The notes under the pieces: model-generated | Told to the model about the DNA's origin: nothing | Databases searched by the model: none | The model's input: the letters and a program-made list of their open reading frames with translations, nothing else | Source: Candidatus Nezhaarchaeales archaeon | GTDB taxonomy: Archaea > Thermoproteota > Methanomethylicia > Nezhaarchaeales > WYZ-LMO8 | Assembly (NCBI GenBank): GCA_038887515.1 | Contig: JAWAKK010000002.1 | Location: forward strand, 192,001-256,000 | Length of the DNA: 64,000 nt | Direction: 5' to 3' | Shown here: positions 21,152-29,486 of the stretch, one piece after another | Numbering within the stretch: the stretch's first letter is position 1 | How the letters are laid out: each line of letters begins with the position of its first letter | Made by a program: the position numbers and the translations under genes

Positions 21152-22969
21152 TTGTGCGGGATTTTTGGTTGTACTTCGCTTAAAGAGGGCGTCTCAAAGT
21201 TAATTTACGTTTCTCTGAAAAAGCTAGAGTATAGAGGGTACGATTCTGTAGGCTTGGCAACCACGTATGGCGGGTATATATTTTTAAAGAAGGATCAAGG
21301 AAAGATAGAAGAAGTGGACAACAAGCTCCGTCTCGATACGTTGCCGGGAAGGTGCGGAATAGGACATACTCGATGGGCTACTCACGGTGCGCCTTCGAAG
21401 GAAAACGCTCATCCGCTAACGGATTGCGAAGGTAAAATAGCAGTAGCTCATAACGGAATCATAGAGAACTGTCTAGAGTTACGTAAAAAGCTAGAGCTTG
21501 AAGGTCACAAGCTCCGCTCTAGAACCGATAGTGAAATTATAGCCCATCTGGTAGAGGAACTAATTGGTAAAGGGTTTACATTAAAAGAAGCTGTTAGGCA
21601 GGCGGCGCTAAGCCTAAGGGGCTCCTCGGCCTTCGTAATCATCTCTGCGCTATTGGAGGATACTATTGTCTGTGTCAGGATGGGAAGTCCCTTGGTTATA
21701 GGTCTCTCGCACGACTTCGTGTGTTGTTCATCCGACGTGCAGGCTCTCCCTCAAGAAGTGGAAGGTATCATAATAATGAATGAAGGGGAACTTGCAGTAC
21801 TTACGCCGAAGGCGGTAATTATCGAGGATCTTGAGTCTGGACGCTCACTACCGCTCAGGACCTTGACTAAAGAAAGCATAGTTTATTCAGCTGATAGAGG
21901 AAGCTTTGCCCACTACATGATTAAAGAAATACATGAAGAGCCTCAAGTTGCGTTAAACATCATTAATGCACCCCATCAATTTGTACAGAACCTAGCTAGC
22001 GAACTCCTAAAGTCTGATAGAGTGTACTTAATTGGCTGTGGAACATCATACCACGCTTGCATCTTCGGCTCTTACGTACTGCGCTTTATGGCCGACATCG
22101 ACGCCTACCCTATAGTGGCGTCGGAGTTTAATGGTAATTACATAAATTTAAGAGGCAAAACGGCCGTGCTAGCCATATCTCAGTCCGGAGAAACGGCCGA
22201 CGTATTGCAAGTCTTGAGGTTACTTCAAGGAAAAGACGTCAAGTTGCTAGCCTTAACTAATGTTATGGGGTCTTCGATAACAAGGCTTGTTTCATCATAT
22301 GTAGGGCTCTATGCAGGCCCCGAAATGGGAGTAGCCGCTACTAAGACCTTTCTAGCTCAACTATTAATGCTCACGAGGATAAGCTTAGAGGCCGCAAAGA
22401 TCAAGGGTCTAAATAATGACATCGTTTTAGGCGCTGAACGATTCTTGATTTCCTCGCCAAGGCTTATAGGGCGAGCCGTCAAGGTCAATGAACCAATAGC
22501 GATGAGCATATCAGCGAACCTATCTTTAAAGGATAGTGCCTTCTTCTTAGCAAGAGGCGTGAACATAGTCACAGCCCTTGAAGGAGCCTTAAAACTTAAA
22601 GAGATAAGCTATGTTCATGCTGAGGGCTATCCTGCCGGAGAGTCTAAGCATGGTCCAATAGCTCTCGTAGACAAGGGCTTTCCATGCATTTTCATTTGCC
22701 CCCGCGACGAGACTTACGGTAAGATTGTAGGCAATATAATGGAGATGAAAGCTAGGGGCGCCTTCACAATTTCATGCGTAGAAGAAGGTGATAAGGAGGT
22801 TAAGGAGATTTCAGATAAAATTTTCGTACTTCCCGAGGTAGACGTTAAAATATTAACACCCATACTTCACGTAATACCACTCCAACTTCTAGCTTATTAC
22901 GTTGCCGTTGCAAGAGGATATGATCCCGATAAGCCTCGAAACCTCGCTAAATCTGTTACAGTCCCTTAA
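21152..22969 (+). CDS. glmS: Glucosamine--fructose-6-phosphate aminotransferase
   Basis: MCGIFG, LEYRGYDS, GHTRWATHG, SQSGET, PRNLAKSVT. Confidence 0.97.
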   Translation: MCGIFGCTSLKEGVSKLIYVSLKKLEYRGYDSVGLATTYGGYIFLKKDQGKIEEVDNKLRLDTLPGRCGIGHTRWATHGAPSKENAHPLTDCEGKIAVAHNGIIENCLELRKKLELEGHKLRSRTDSEIIAHLVEELIGKGFTLKEAVRQAALSLRGSSAFVIISALLEDTIVCVRMGSPLVIGLSHDFVCCSSDVQALPQEVEGIIIMNEGELAVLTPKAVIIEDLESGRSLPLRTLTKESIVYSADRGSFAHYMIKEIHEEPQVALNIINAPHQFVQNLASELLKSDRVYLIGCGTSYHACIFGSYVLRFMADIDAYPIVASEFNGNYINLRGKTAVLAISQSGETADVLQVLRLLQGKDVKLLALTNVMGSSITRLVSSYVGLYAGPEMGVAATKTFLAQLLMLTRISLEAAKIKGLNNDIVLGAERFLISSPRLIGRAVKVNEPIAMSISANLSLKDSAFFLARGVNIVTALEGALKLKEISYVHAEGYPAGESKHGPIALVDKGFPCIFICPRDETYGKIVGNIMEMKARGAFTISCVEEGDKEVKEISDKIFVLPEVDVKILTPILHVIPLQLLAYYVAVARGYDPDKPRNLAKSVTVP

Positions 22970-23983
22970 GCCTTCTTAGATCTATTGTATCGAAGACCTC
23001 TGGACCGGTGCTGATTATTGTTATTGGAATCTTTAGTTCTTCTTCAACGTTCTCTATCCATTCCTTAGCTTCACGTGGTAGCTTATCGTATTCTCTAACT
23101 CGTGAAGCTCCGGGGAAGAGCGTGTCTATCCTGGTTATGGCTATTTGGGTTGCGCTGTTAGCCATGACAGCCCTTTTGGCTAATTCAAAGTTAAATGGTG
23201 CAACCCTCCTCTTCCTCCCAGTCACGGTTGCAACTTCTATGAGCCCTAGCCTTTGAGCCTCTTCTTCTGAAAGTTCGCCGGGTAGTGGTCCGCTTCCAAC
23301 CCTAGTCACATAAGATTTAAAGACTACAATAACCTCGTCGACCATCTTAGGACCTATACCCACCTCACTGCAGACGGCTGAAGCAGTTGTATCGCGACTT
23401 GTGACATAAGGATAAGTCCCGTGGTAAAGAGATAGATAGTACCCCTGGGTCCCCTCAAGGAGCACGTTATGACCTTGATCAAGTGCCCTCCATACTAGTG
23501 TAGGCACATCATCAAGATAATCCCTTAGTTCTCCTACATCGCGAGCGAGCCTAGCCACCCTCCTGACTCTATCAACTATTGCGGCTCCAACGCCTTGGCC
23601 CGTCGATCCTATCTTGGACATTAAGTGTTCATCTTCCCGCTCCCTCTTTACATGTTCTTCTTCGATTATGGAGGCTTGTGGGTCTATCTTCAACCTGTCT
23701 TTAGCTTTAGTGAGTTCAAGCTCCCTCATTAAAACGTCGATTCTCAAATTGGCTCCAGCCGCTATGCATAATTCGGCTCGAGGGTTTACAAACCCGCAAG
23801 GTATAATCCTCAACTTGTATTCCTTGTTATTGTACATTACAGTGTGGCCTGCGTTAACCGACCCTGTTCTAACAGCTACTCTGACGTCATCTTTAAGTGC
23901 CAAGTAGGCACATACTTTTCCTTCTAGGGGGCTAAAGCCTTTCCCTCGTCCCCGAAAAAGCCTCCTACAACTACCGTCAGCAA
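22956..23983 (-). CDS. purA: Adenylosuccinate synthetase, intron-containing (exons 23983-23941 and 23923-22956; 336 aa spliced)
   Basis: Exon 1 gives MLTVVVGGFFGDEG; removing a 17-nt BHB intron gives KGKVCAYLALKD..., joining the 315-aa ORF (NAGHT, GSTGQG, EGTQG, YPYVTS, TGRKRR). Confidence 0.93.
23924..23940 (-). other. 17-nt BHB-type intron in purA mRNA
   Basis: mRNA AGGG AA^A GGC UUUA GCC CCCU AG^A; removal restores GDEGKGK. Confidence 0.88.
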
Positions 23984-25074
23984 GCCTCTAACCCCCAGAA
24001 TGGTCCTAAAACCTTATCGTAAACTTCTTTTATAACTCTTAGACCGCTTTTCTTCACACTCTCCGACGAGGTTGTGCTGCCTTCTTCAATTATAGGCAAG
24101 TCTATAAGGTACGCAATTATATCGTACACTCCTCTTGCAAGGCCCGGGCCATATCCTCCTTCAAGCACGAACATTATCTTTTTCGTCACACATTCATCCA
24201 TCATTTTCTTGACGAACTTGGCTACCTTTAGGAAGGAGTTTAATGAAAGGTTCATCGATGTTATCGGGTCATCCTTGTGGGCATCAAATCCGGCTGATAA
24301 CAATAACACTTCCGGTCTATACTCTCTAACGACCCTTTCTACAACTTTATCTAGCGCTACTTCGTAGAGGTCGTCACCTGTAAAAGGAGGTAGCGGAACA
24401 TTAATGTTAAAACCTTTCCCCTCTCCTTCACCGACTTCATCAACAAACCCTGTACCGGGATATGCTGTCCTTCCATCTTGATGCGTACTTATATAGAGAA
24501 CGTTATTGTAGCTGTAGAAAATCTCTTGAGTACCATTTCCGTGGTGACAATCAAAGTCGAAGATTGCTACCTTCTTAAACCCGTACTTGTCGAGTAAATG
24601 CGTTGCTGCTATAGCGATATTGTTAAATATGCAAAAACCTAATGTCGGAGCCCCTAAAGCTGCCCCACTCCTACCGGCGTGGTGTCCTGGAGGCCTCTCT
24701 AAGGTGAAGCAGAAGTCGAAGCCTTCTTCTATCAGTTTCTTGCATCCTAATACTGCTGAACCAGCAGCATAAAGTGCGACTTCAAAACTATCCTTTGATA
24801 CGGGCGTATCCGGATCAAGGTACCTCTTGCCATCTGTAATGGTTCTATCTACCCACTTAATGTAATCAATGTCGTGAACTGCAGCTACTTCTTCTATCGA
24901 TGCCTTAATTGCTCTTTCAACCTTAACTTTAGATAGTACCCCTCTCCCCTTTAGCTCATTAATGACTTCAATGAGCCTTTGCGGCCTCTCAGGATGATGA
25001 GGACCCGTGTCATGCCTCAAAAACACATCATCATATATTATGCAGAGTTTAGAAGTCATTAGTCGAAACACCAC
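23977..25074 (-). CDS. Histone deacetylase family protein
   Basis: HPERPQR, RPPGHHA, GFCIFNN, DFDCHHGNGTQ, SAGFDAH, LEGGY. Confidence 0.95.
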   Translation of the reverse strand: MVFRLMTSKLCIIYDDVFLRHDTGPHHPERPQRLIEVINELKGRGVLSKVKVERAIKASIEEVAAVHDIDYIKWVDRTITDGKRYLDPDTPVSKDSFEVALYAAGSAVLGCKKLIEEGFDFCFTLERPPGHHAGRSGAALGAPTLGFCIFNNIAIAATHLLDKYGFKKVAIFDFDCHHGNGTQEIFYSYNNVLYISTHQDGRTAYPGTGFVDEVGEGEGKGFNINVPLPPFTGDDLYEVALDKVVERVVREYRPEVLLLSAGFDAHKDDPITSMNLSLNSFLKVAKFVKKMMDECVTKKIMFVLEGGYGPGLARGVYDIIAYLIDLPIIEEGSTTSSESVKKSGLRVIKEVYDKVLGPFWGLEAC

Positions 25075-25137
25075 TCGTTTTTAAGCTTTAAACTTTAAAT
25101 AATCTTTTCACATCATTGAGAAGTTGGTGCAAATGAG

Positions 25138-25770
25138 TTGAGCTCTAGAGTTGAACTAAAACCTACGCGAATGGAGCTAATAAATTTAAGGCGTAGAAAG
25201 AGACTCGCCGAAAGAGGTCTTACTCTTCTTAAAGAGAAGCGCGACGCCCTAGTTATGGAGCTGTTGTCATTGGCCAAGGAATACCAGAATGTCATGCTCG
25301 AAGTAAGGGAGAAAATGGAGAAGGCATTAAGCTACCTTGCGCTGGCTAGGGCTGATGTAGGCGTATTTAAACTTAACGAGATAATAGCTACTTTGCGGTC
25401 TCAAGTAGCCATAGAAATTAGGACGAGAAGCATAATGGGGGTCACGACGCCTATGTTTAAAGTTGTACAGAAGGTGGAGACAGACGTTCCGCCATATAGT
25501 CTTCCAAGCACCACTACCTACATAGATGAAGCCGCTAAAGCCTTCAGGGAGTTATTTGTAACGATAATAAGGCTTGCAGAGATTCAAGCAGTAGCCAAAA
25601 GAATAGCTGAAGAGGTCGAAAAAGCCAAGAGGAGGGTCAATGCCCTTGAGCACGTTGTTATACCTATGATCGAGAAAAATATCAAGTTCATAGAACTCTA
25701 TCTAGATGAGCGGGCTCGCGAAGATATTTTTAGGTTAAGGCTTCTCAAGAAGAAGCGTGTAAAGAAGTAG
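25138..25770 (+). CDS. atpD: A/V-type ATP synthase subunit D
   Basis: PTRMELI.L, LLKEKRDAL, RRVNALEHVVIP. Confidence 0.95.
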   Translation: MSSRVELKPTRMELINLRRRKRLAERGLTLLKEKRDALVMELLSLAKEYQNVMLEVREKMEKALSYLALARADVGVFKLNEIIATLRSQVAIEIRTRSIMGVTTPMFKVVQKVETDVPPYSLPSTTTYIDEAAKAFRELFVTIIRLAEIQAVAKRIAEEVEKAKRRVNALEHVVIPMIEKNIKFIELYLDERAREDIFRLRLLKKKRVKK

Positions 25771-25776
25771 TTTTTC

Positions 25777-26139
25777 CTACTTGCTCCTCAGGTACAATAT
25801 TGCTCGTGCTAGATCGCCCTTGGTCGCTTTCAATGCCTTTCTAGCCTCTTCAAGACTTACGCCAGCTTGAGATGCAACTAATTGAACGTCCTCCTCTTGT
25901 ATATTCGGCTCCTCTTCAAGTACTAGAGCTCTTTCTTCAACTTCGCCCGTCACTTGGAAAACCGTTTGATCCCCCACCTTCATGCTAGTAACCTGAGGTT
26001 TCCTTACGACCAGCTCTCTATCTCGAAATTTAAATACGACGCTCTCAACGCCTTCGAGCTGTTCAACTGATATTCCAGCCTTCTTAACTGCTTGCAACAT
26101 CCTCTGTAGCTCTCTCGGGCTTATCCCCCTCACCTTCAA
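25777..26139 (-). CDS. nac: Nascent polypeptide-associated complex protein
   Basis: NAC domain plus UBA: EEDVQLVASQAGVSLEEARKAL...GDLARAI. Confidence 0.93.
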   Translation of the reverse strand: MKVRGISPRELQRMLQAVKKAGISVEQLEGVESVVFKFRDRELVVRKPQVTSMKVGDQTVFQVTGEVEERALVLEEEPNIQEEDVQLVASQAGVSLEEARKALKATKGDLARAILYLRSK

Positions 26140-26611
26140 TCCCCCTCCTAATTTTCACTGCCACGCCTAAATTAAATGCTAGCATTTCGTAACCAGATAG
26201 TATGGCTCGGCCAACAGCCAACAGATCGTCTCTTTCGTCAACTACGAGGACCTCGTCGCCACATCGAATTTCTGGGTCAACTCTAATTACATGCTTCGCA
26301 AAAACGCTCTTCCCTTTTTTTATGAAATCTTTCACTTCCTCTTTAACGACTACCCTAAGCTTGGGTGGAGGGAAGTGCTTCAATAGGAGCTTAGCCCCCT
26401 CAATCGTTAGTGCCAAGAACCCGTCATTCCATCTAACTGTTGCTAGGAGCCTTCCTTCAGAGTCGTATACGTATCGTGGTTTTCCAGTCCTCTTTGAGAC
26501 CTCCACTCTAAGTCCTCTTGAAGCCAGCGCTTCGCCAGCTCCAGCTCCGAACTGGTAATCGGCACGCATCTTCACCGATTCCACTAAAATTTTCTCGCTT
26601 AAGCAGGCCAC
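26084..26611 (-). CDS. PUA-domain protein (TGT C-terminal-like)
   Basis: ADYQFG, GKSVFAKHV..DPEIR.GDEVLVV, GVAVKIR. Confidence 0.88.
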   Translation of the reverse strand: MACLSEKILVESVKMRADYQFGAGAGEALASRGLRVEVSKRTGKPRYVYDSEGRLLATVRWNDGFLALTIEGAKLLLKHFPPPKLRVVVKEEVKDFIKKGKSVFAKHVIRVDPEIRCGDEVLVVDERDDLLAVGRAILSGYEMLAFNLGVAVKIRRGIEGEGDKPERATEDVASS

Positions 26612-26666
26612 AATACATTTTAGCTTAAAGTTGTAGATTAATATCTAGCGTTGCGAGGTTTAGAAA

Positions 26667-27134
26667 ATGTTGTGCGAGCTTTGTGGCAAACCAGTAATGG
26701 GGAAACCAGTTAAAGTTTGGATTGAAGGGGCGCAATTAACGGTTTGTCAACGATGTTCCCGCTATGGTTCTATCGTGAAAACCGGGACCGCAACTACTGT
26801 CCGTCCACAGGTTCAATTGAAGCGTAGAGGGGTAAAACTAGGCGTCGAGAACCTAGTTTTGGTTAATAATTACAGTGCCCTCATCCGTCAAGCGAGGGAG
26901 AGCATGGGCTTAACGCAAGCCGATTTAGCGCGTTTGATAGGCGAGAAAGAGTCCATAATACGTAGACTTGAGGGTGGTCGTATGGCTCCTACACTGGAGC
27001 TTGCTAGAAAGCTCGAGAAGCAATTGAAGATAAGGCTATACGAAGAGGTACACGAAACCCAAGAAGTGCCTAGGCCTCAGAGCTTTCAGCTAACTTTAGG
27101 TGATGTAGCAGTAATAAAGGAACGGAACGAGTAA
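26667..27134 (+). CDS. mbf1: Multiprotein bridging factor aMBF1
   Basis: CELCG...VC..C Zn ribbon, HTH, TLGD motif. Confidence 0.93.
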   Translation: MLCELCGKPVMGKPVKVWIEGAQLTVCQRCSRYGSIVKTGTATTVRPQVQLKRRGVKLGVENLVLVNNYSALIRQARESMGLTQADLARLIGEKESIIRRLEGGRMAPTLELARKLEKQLKIRLYEEVHETQEVPRPQSFQLTLGDVAVIKERNE

Positions 27135-27152
27135 ACCCCCTTTATCTGCCAA

Positions 27153-28262
27153 CTAGAATTGTTGTTCAACAATTTCAACTTTCTCGATTATTTTTTTAAG
27201 AAGGAAGCTTACGTTGACGCCCTTCCTAGCGCTGATGGGCACGATGTCGCATTGAGGTGCCAAGTCCTTTATTAATTTTAACGATTTTTCAAGTCGTGAA
27301 TCTCCTATTAAGTCTATCTTGTTGGCAGCTATTATTACGGGCTTGTTGTCGCCTGCTATCTCAGAGATTATCGACAGCGAAGTCGTAAGCTTCCTCTCAA
27401 TTTTTGAGGCAGTCTCGGAAGAATCTATCAACAACGTTACTACGTCAGAGAGCCTTAACTCTACAAGCGTTGCGTGGAACGCATCAAGTATTAAGTGCGG
27501 CATTTCATCGATGAATCCGAGAGAATCTACAACTATGAAGTCCTTACCTTGTGCATTAACTCTCCTAGCGCAAGTCTCGAGTGTTGTGAAGGGCCCGAGA
27601 CCCGTCACCTTGCCCTCCTTAGTTAGGAGGTTAAATAAGGTGGTCTTACCCGACTGAGTGTAACCCGTTAATGTAACTATCGGTAAACTTATCTCCTTAC
27701 GTTGAAAGACTAATTTTTCCTGCCTCTTCTTCAATTCTTCCAGCTTATCTTCTATAAGTTTGATTCTCCTTCGGGCAAAGGAAAGGTAAGCCTTATAAGG
27801 ATAGCCTCCAAGCGACCCGAAACCCATTTTCTCGCTACCAAAGCCCTTTAACCTGACGAGCTCTCGAGCCCAAGGCAATGTATACCTTAGCCTAGCGAGC
27901 TCTATCTGAAGCTTTGCCTCCGAAGTAGAAGCCCTCTTATCGAAGATGTCCAGGATCAACAGTACCCTATCCAAGATGTTCACATCGAGGCCTAACTCCT
28001 TTTGTAGCCTAAAGTATTGTCCGGGCTTTAATTCGTTAGCGAAAACTACGGTCTTTACGCCATACCTTTTTAGCCTTTCCTTTAGTTCCTGAAGCTTTCC
28101 CGGTCCTATTAGGAACCCAGCGTGAGGCCTTTCCCTTATCTGGATTACCTTGTCGACAACTATGAAGCCTCTGTTCCTCGCTAGCTCCTCGACTTCCTGA
28201 AGCCTGAAGTCATCATTTCTCTGGAAAACTCCAATGATTATAGTCTTCTCCAAGTCCGTCAC
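27153..28262 (-). CDS. hflX: GTPase HflX
   Basis: LILDIF..RA...EAKLQIELA, GYTQSGKTTLFN, NKID, ISA. Confidence 0.92.
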   Translation of the reverse strand: MTDLEKTIIIGVFQRNDDFRLQEVEELARNRGFIVVDKVIQIRERPHAGFLIGPGKLQELKERLKRYGVKTVVFANELKPGQYFRLQKELGLDVNILDRVLLILDIFDKRASTSEAKLQIELARLRYTLPWARELVRLKGFGSEKMGFGSLGGYPYKAYLSFARRRIKLIEDKLEELKKRQEKLVFQRKEISLPIVTLTGYTQSGKTTLFNLLTKEGKVTGLGPFTTLETCARRVNAQGKDFIVVDSLGFIDEMPHLILDAFHATLVELRLSDVVTLLIDSSETASKIERKLTTSLSIISEIAGDNKPVIIAANKIDLIGDSRLEKSLKLIKDLAPQCDIVPISARKGVNVSFLLKKIIEKVEIVEQQF

Positions 28263-28792
28263 CTTAAGATCTTGACCTTTTTGCCTCTAGGGCTGGGTTC
28301 GATTTCAATCCTTCCACCCTCAAACTTGAAGTTAAATTCTACTCCATTGTAGAACCAGTCGAGAAACACGGCTACAGCTGCTACTTCGCTATGTGGTTGA
28401 TTTGTTACGGAAACGTTAAAGTCTGCTACTTCGTAGAAGTATTTAGGGACTTTAGGCCCTCCAACAAGCACCATTAGCCTTTCCTTACGTCTAATCTCCT
28501 CTATGATTTGGGGGAGGGGGATGCCGTACATGGTTAAATGTACTATGCAGAAGCCCTCTTCCTTCGCCCCCTTTATGACTTTGTTAATATCGATCCCGGT
28601 CTTCACTACAAATTCTCCGCCGAACATTCTATTTACTTGAATAACCTTCTGCTCCAACTTTTCATCTTTCCCATCAAACCATATCTCGCGGGCCCCAAAA
28701 GCTCTAGCGACAAGCGCCAAGTGCGTACTAACTCTTTTATCTCGAAGGGGTCTATGACCATACCTTACTATCACTATTTTTGGTCGGCACAT
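28259..28792 (-). CDS. trm56: tRNA (cytidine56-2'-O)-methyltransferase
   Basis: GHRPLRDKRVSTH, VHLTMYG, NQPHSEVAA. Confidence 0.95.
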   Translation of the reverse strand: MCRPKIVIVRYGHRPLRDKRVSTHLALVARAFGAREIWFDGKDEKLEQKVIQVNRMFGGEFVVKTGIDINKVIKGAKEEGFCIVHLTMYGIPLPQIIEEIRRKERLMVLVGGPKVPKYFYEVADFNVSVTNQPHSEVAAVAVFLDWFYNGVEFNFKFEGGRIEIEPSPRGKKVKILR

Positions 28793-28860
28793 CGGTTATT
28801 AATTTAATAAGCATTTTTTTAAACTTGCTAGGGGCATTATACCTGGGTGGCAGAGAATTC

Positions 28861-29388
28861 ATGGTTTCGGAGCCCTCAGAGCAATACGATAAAGAGTTGA
28901 CAAACGTACTATTGAAGCTGATTGCAGTACTTTGTGGCAAAGACGCCATCGAAGTAGTCAAAGTGTTACTTAACGAGAAGGAGATGAGTGACGAGATACT
29001 AGCCGAGAAAACGGGTATGAGACTTAACCAAGTTCGACGAATCCTCTACGACCTTCTGGACAAGCACGTCGTGACTTACCAGAGAGGGATAGATGAAGAA
29101 AGGGGTTATTACGTGTACACTTGGTCTCTGAATAGGGACGGCCTAAAGGAGATAGTGAAGGAGAGAAAGAGGCTAGTCTTAGAGAGACTGCGCGAGAGAA
29201 TTCGATACGAGGAGCAGAACATGTTCTTCGTTTGTCCCAACAGTTGTACTGGTAGGATGCCCTTTGATAAGGCTTTGGATCAACAGTTTAAATGCTTGCG
29301 TTGTGGCGCAGTACTGCAAAGCTTCGATAACACCAAGATGATTGAGAAGTTAAGGGCAAAAATAGAGGCGTTAGAGAAGGATCCTTAA
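28861..29388 (+). CDS. tfe: Transcription factor E (alpha)
   Basis: wHTH (DEILAEKTG...VRRILY.L), YVYTW, C..C...FKCLRCG. Confidence 0.92.
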   Translation: MVSEPSEQYDKELTNVLLKLIAVLCGKDAIEVVKVLLNEKEMSDEILAEKTGMRLNQVRRILYDLLDKHVVTYQRGIDEERGYYVYTWSLNRDGLKEIVKERKRLVLERLRERIRYEEQNMFFVCPNSCTGRMPFDKALDQQFKCLRCGAVLQSFDNTKMIEKLRAKIEALEKDP

Positions 29389-29486
29389 GCGTAGTTACGA
29401 TGTAGAGTTACCTCCTAGAGAGCTTAAAGGACAAGATACGTAAGTTTTATCTTACCTTAGGGGTAGAACCAATCCTTGTGGGTTTT

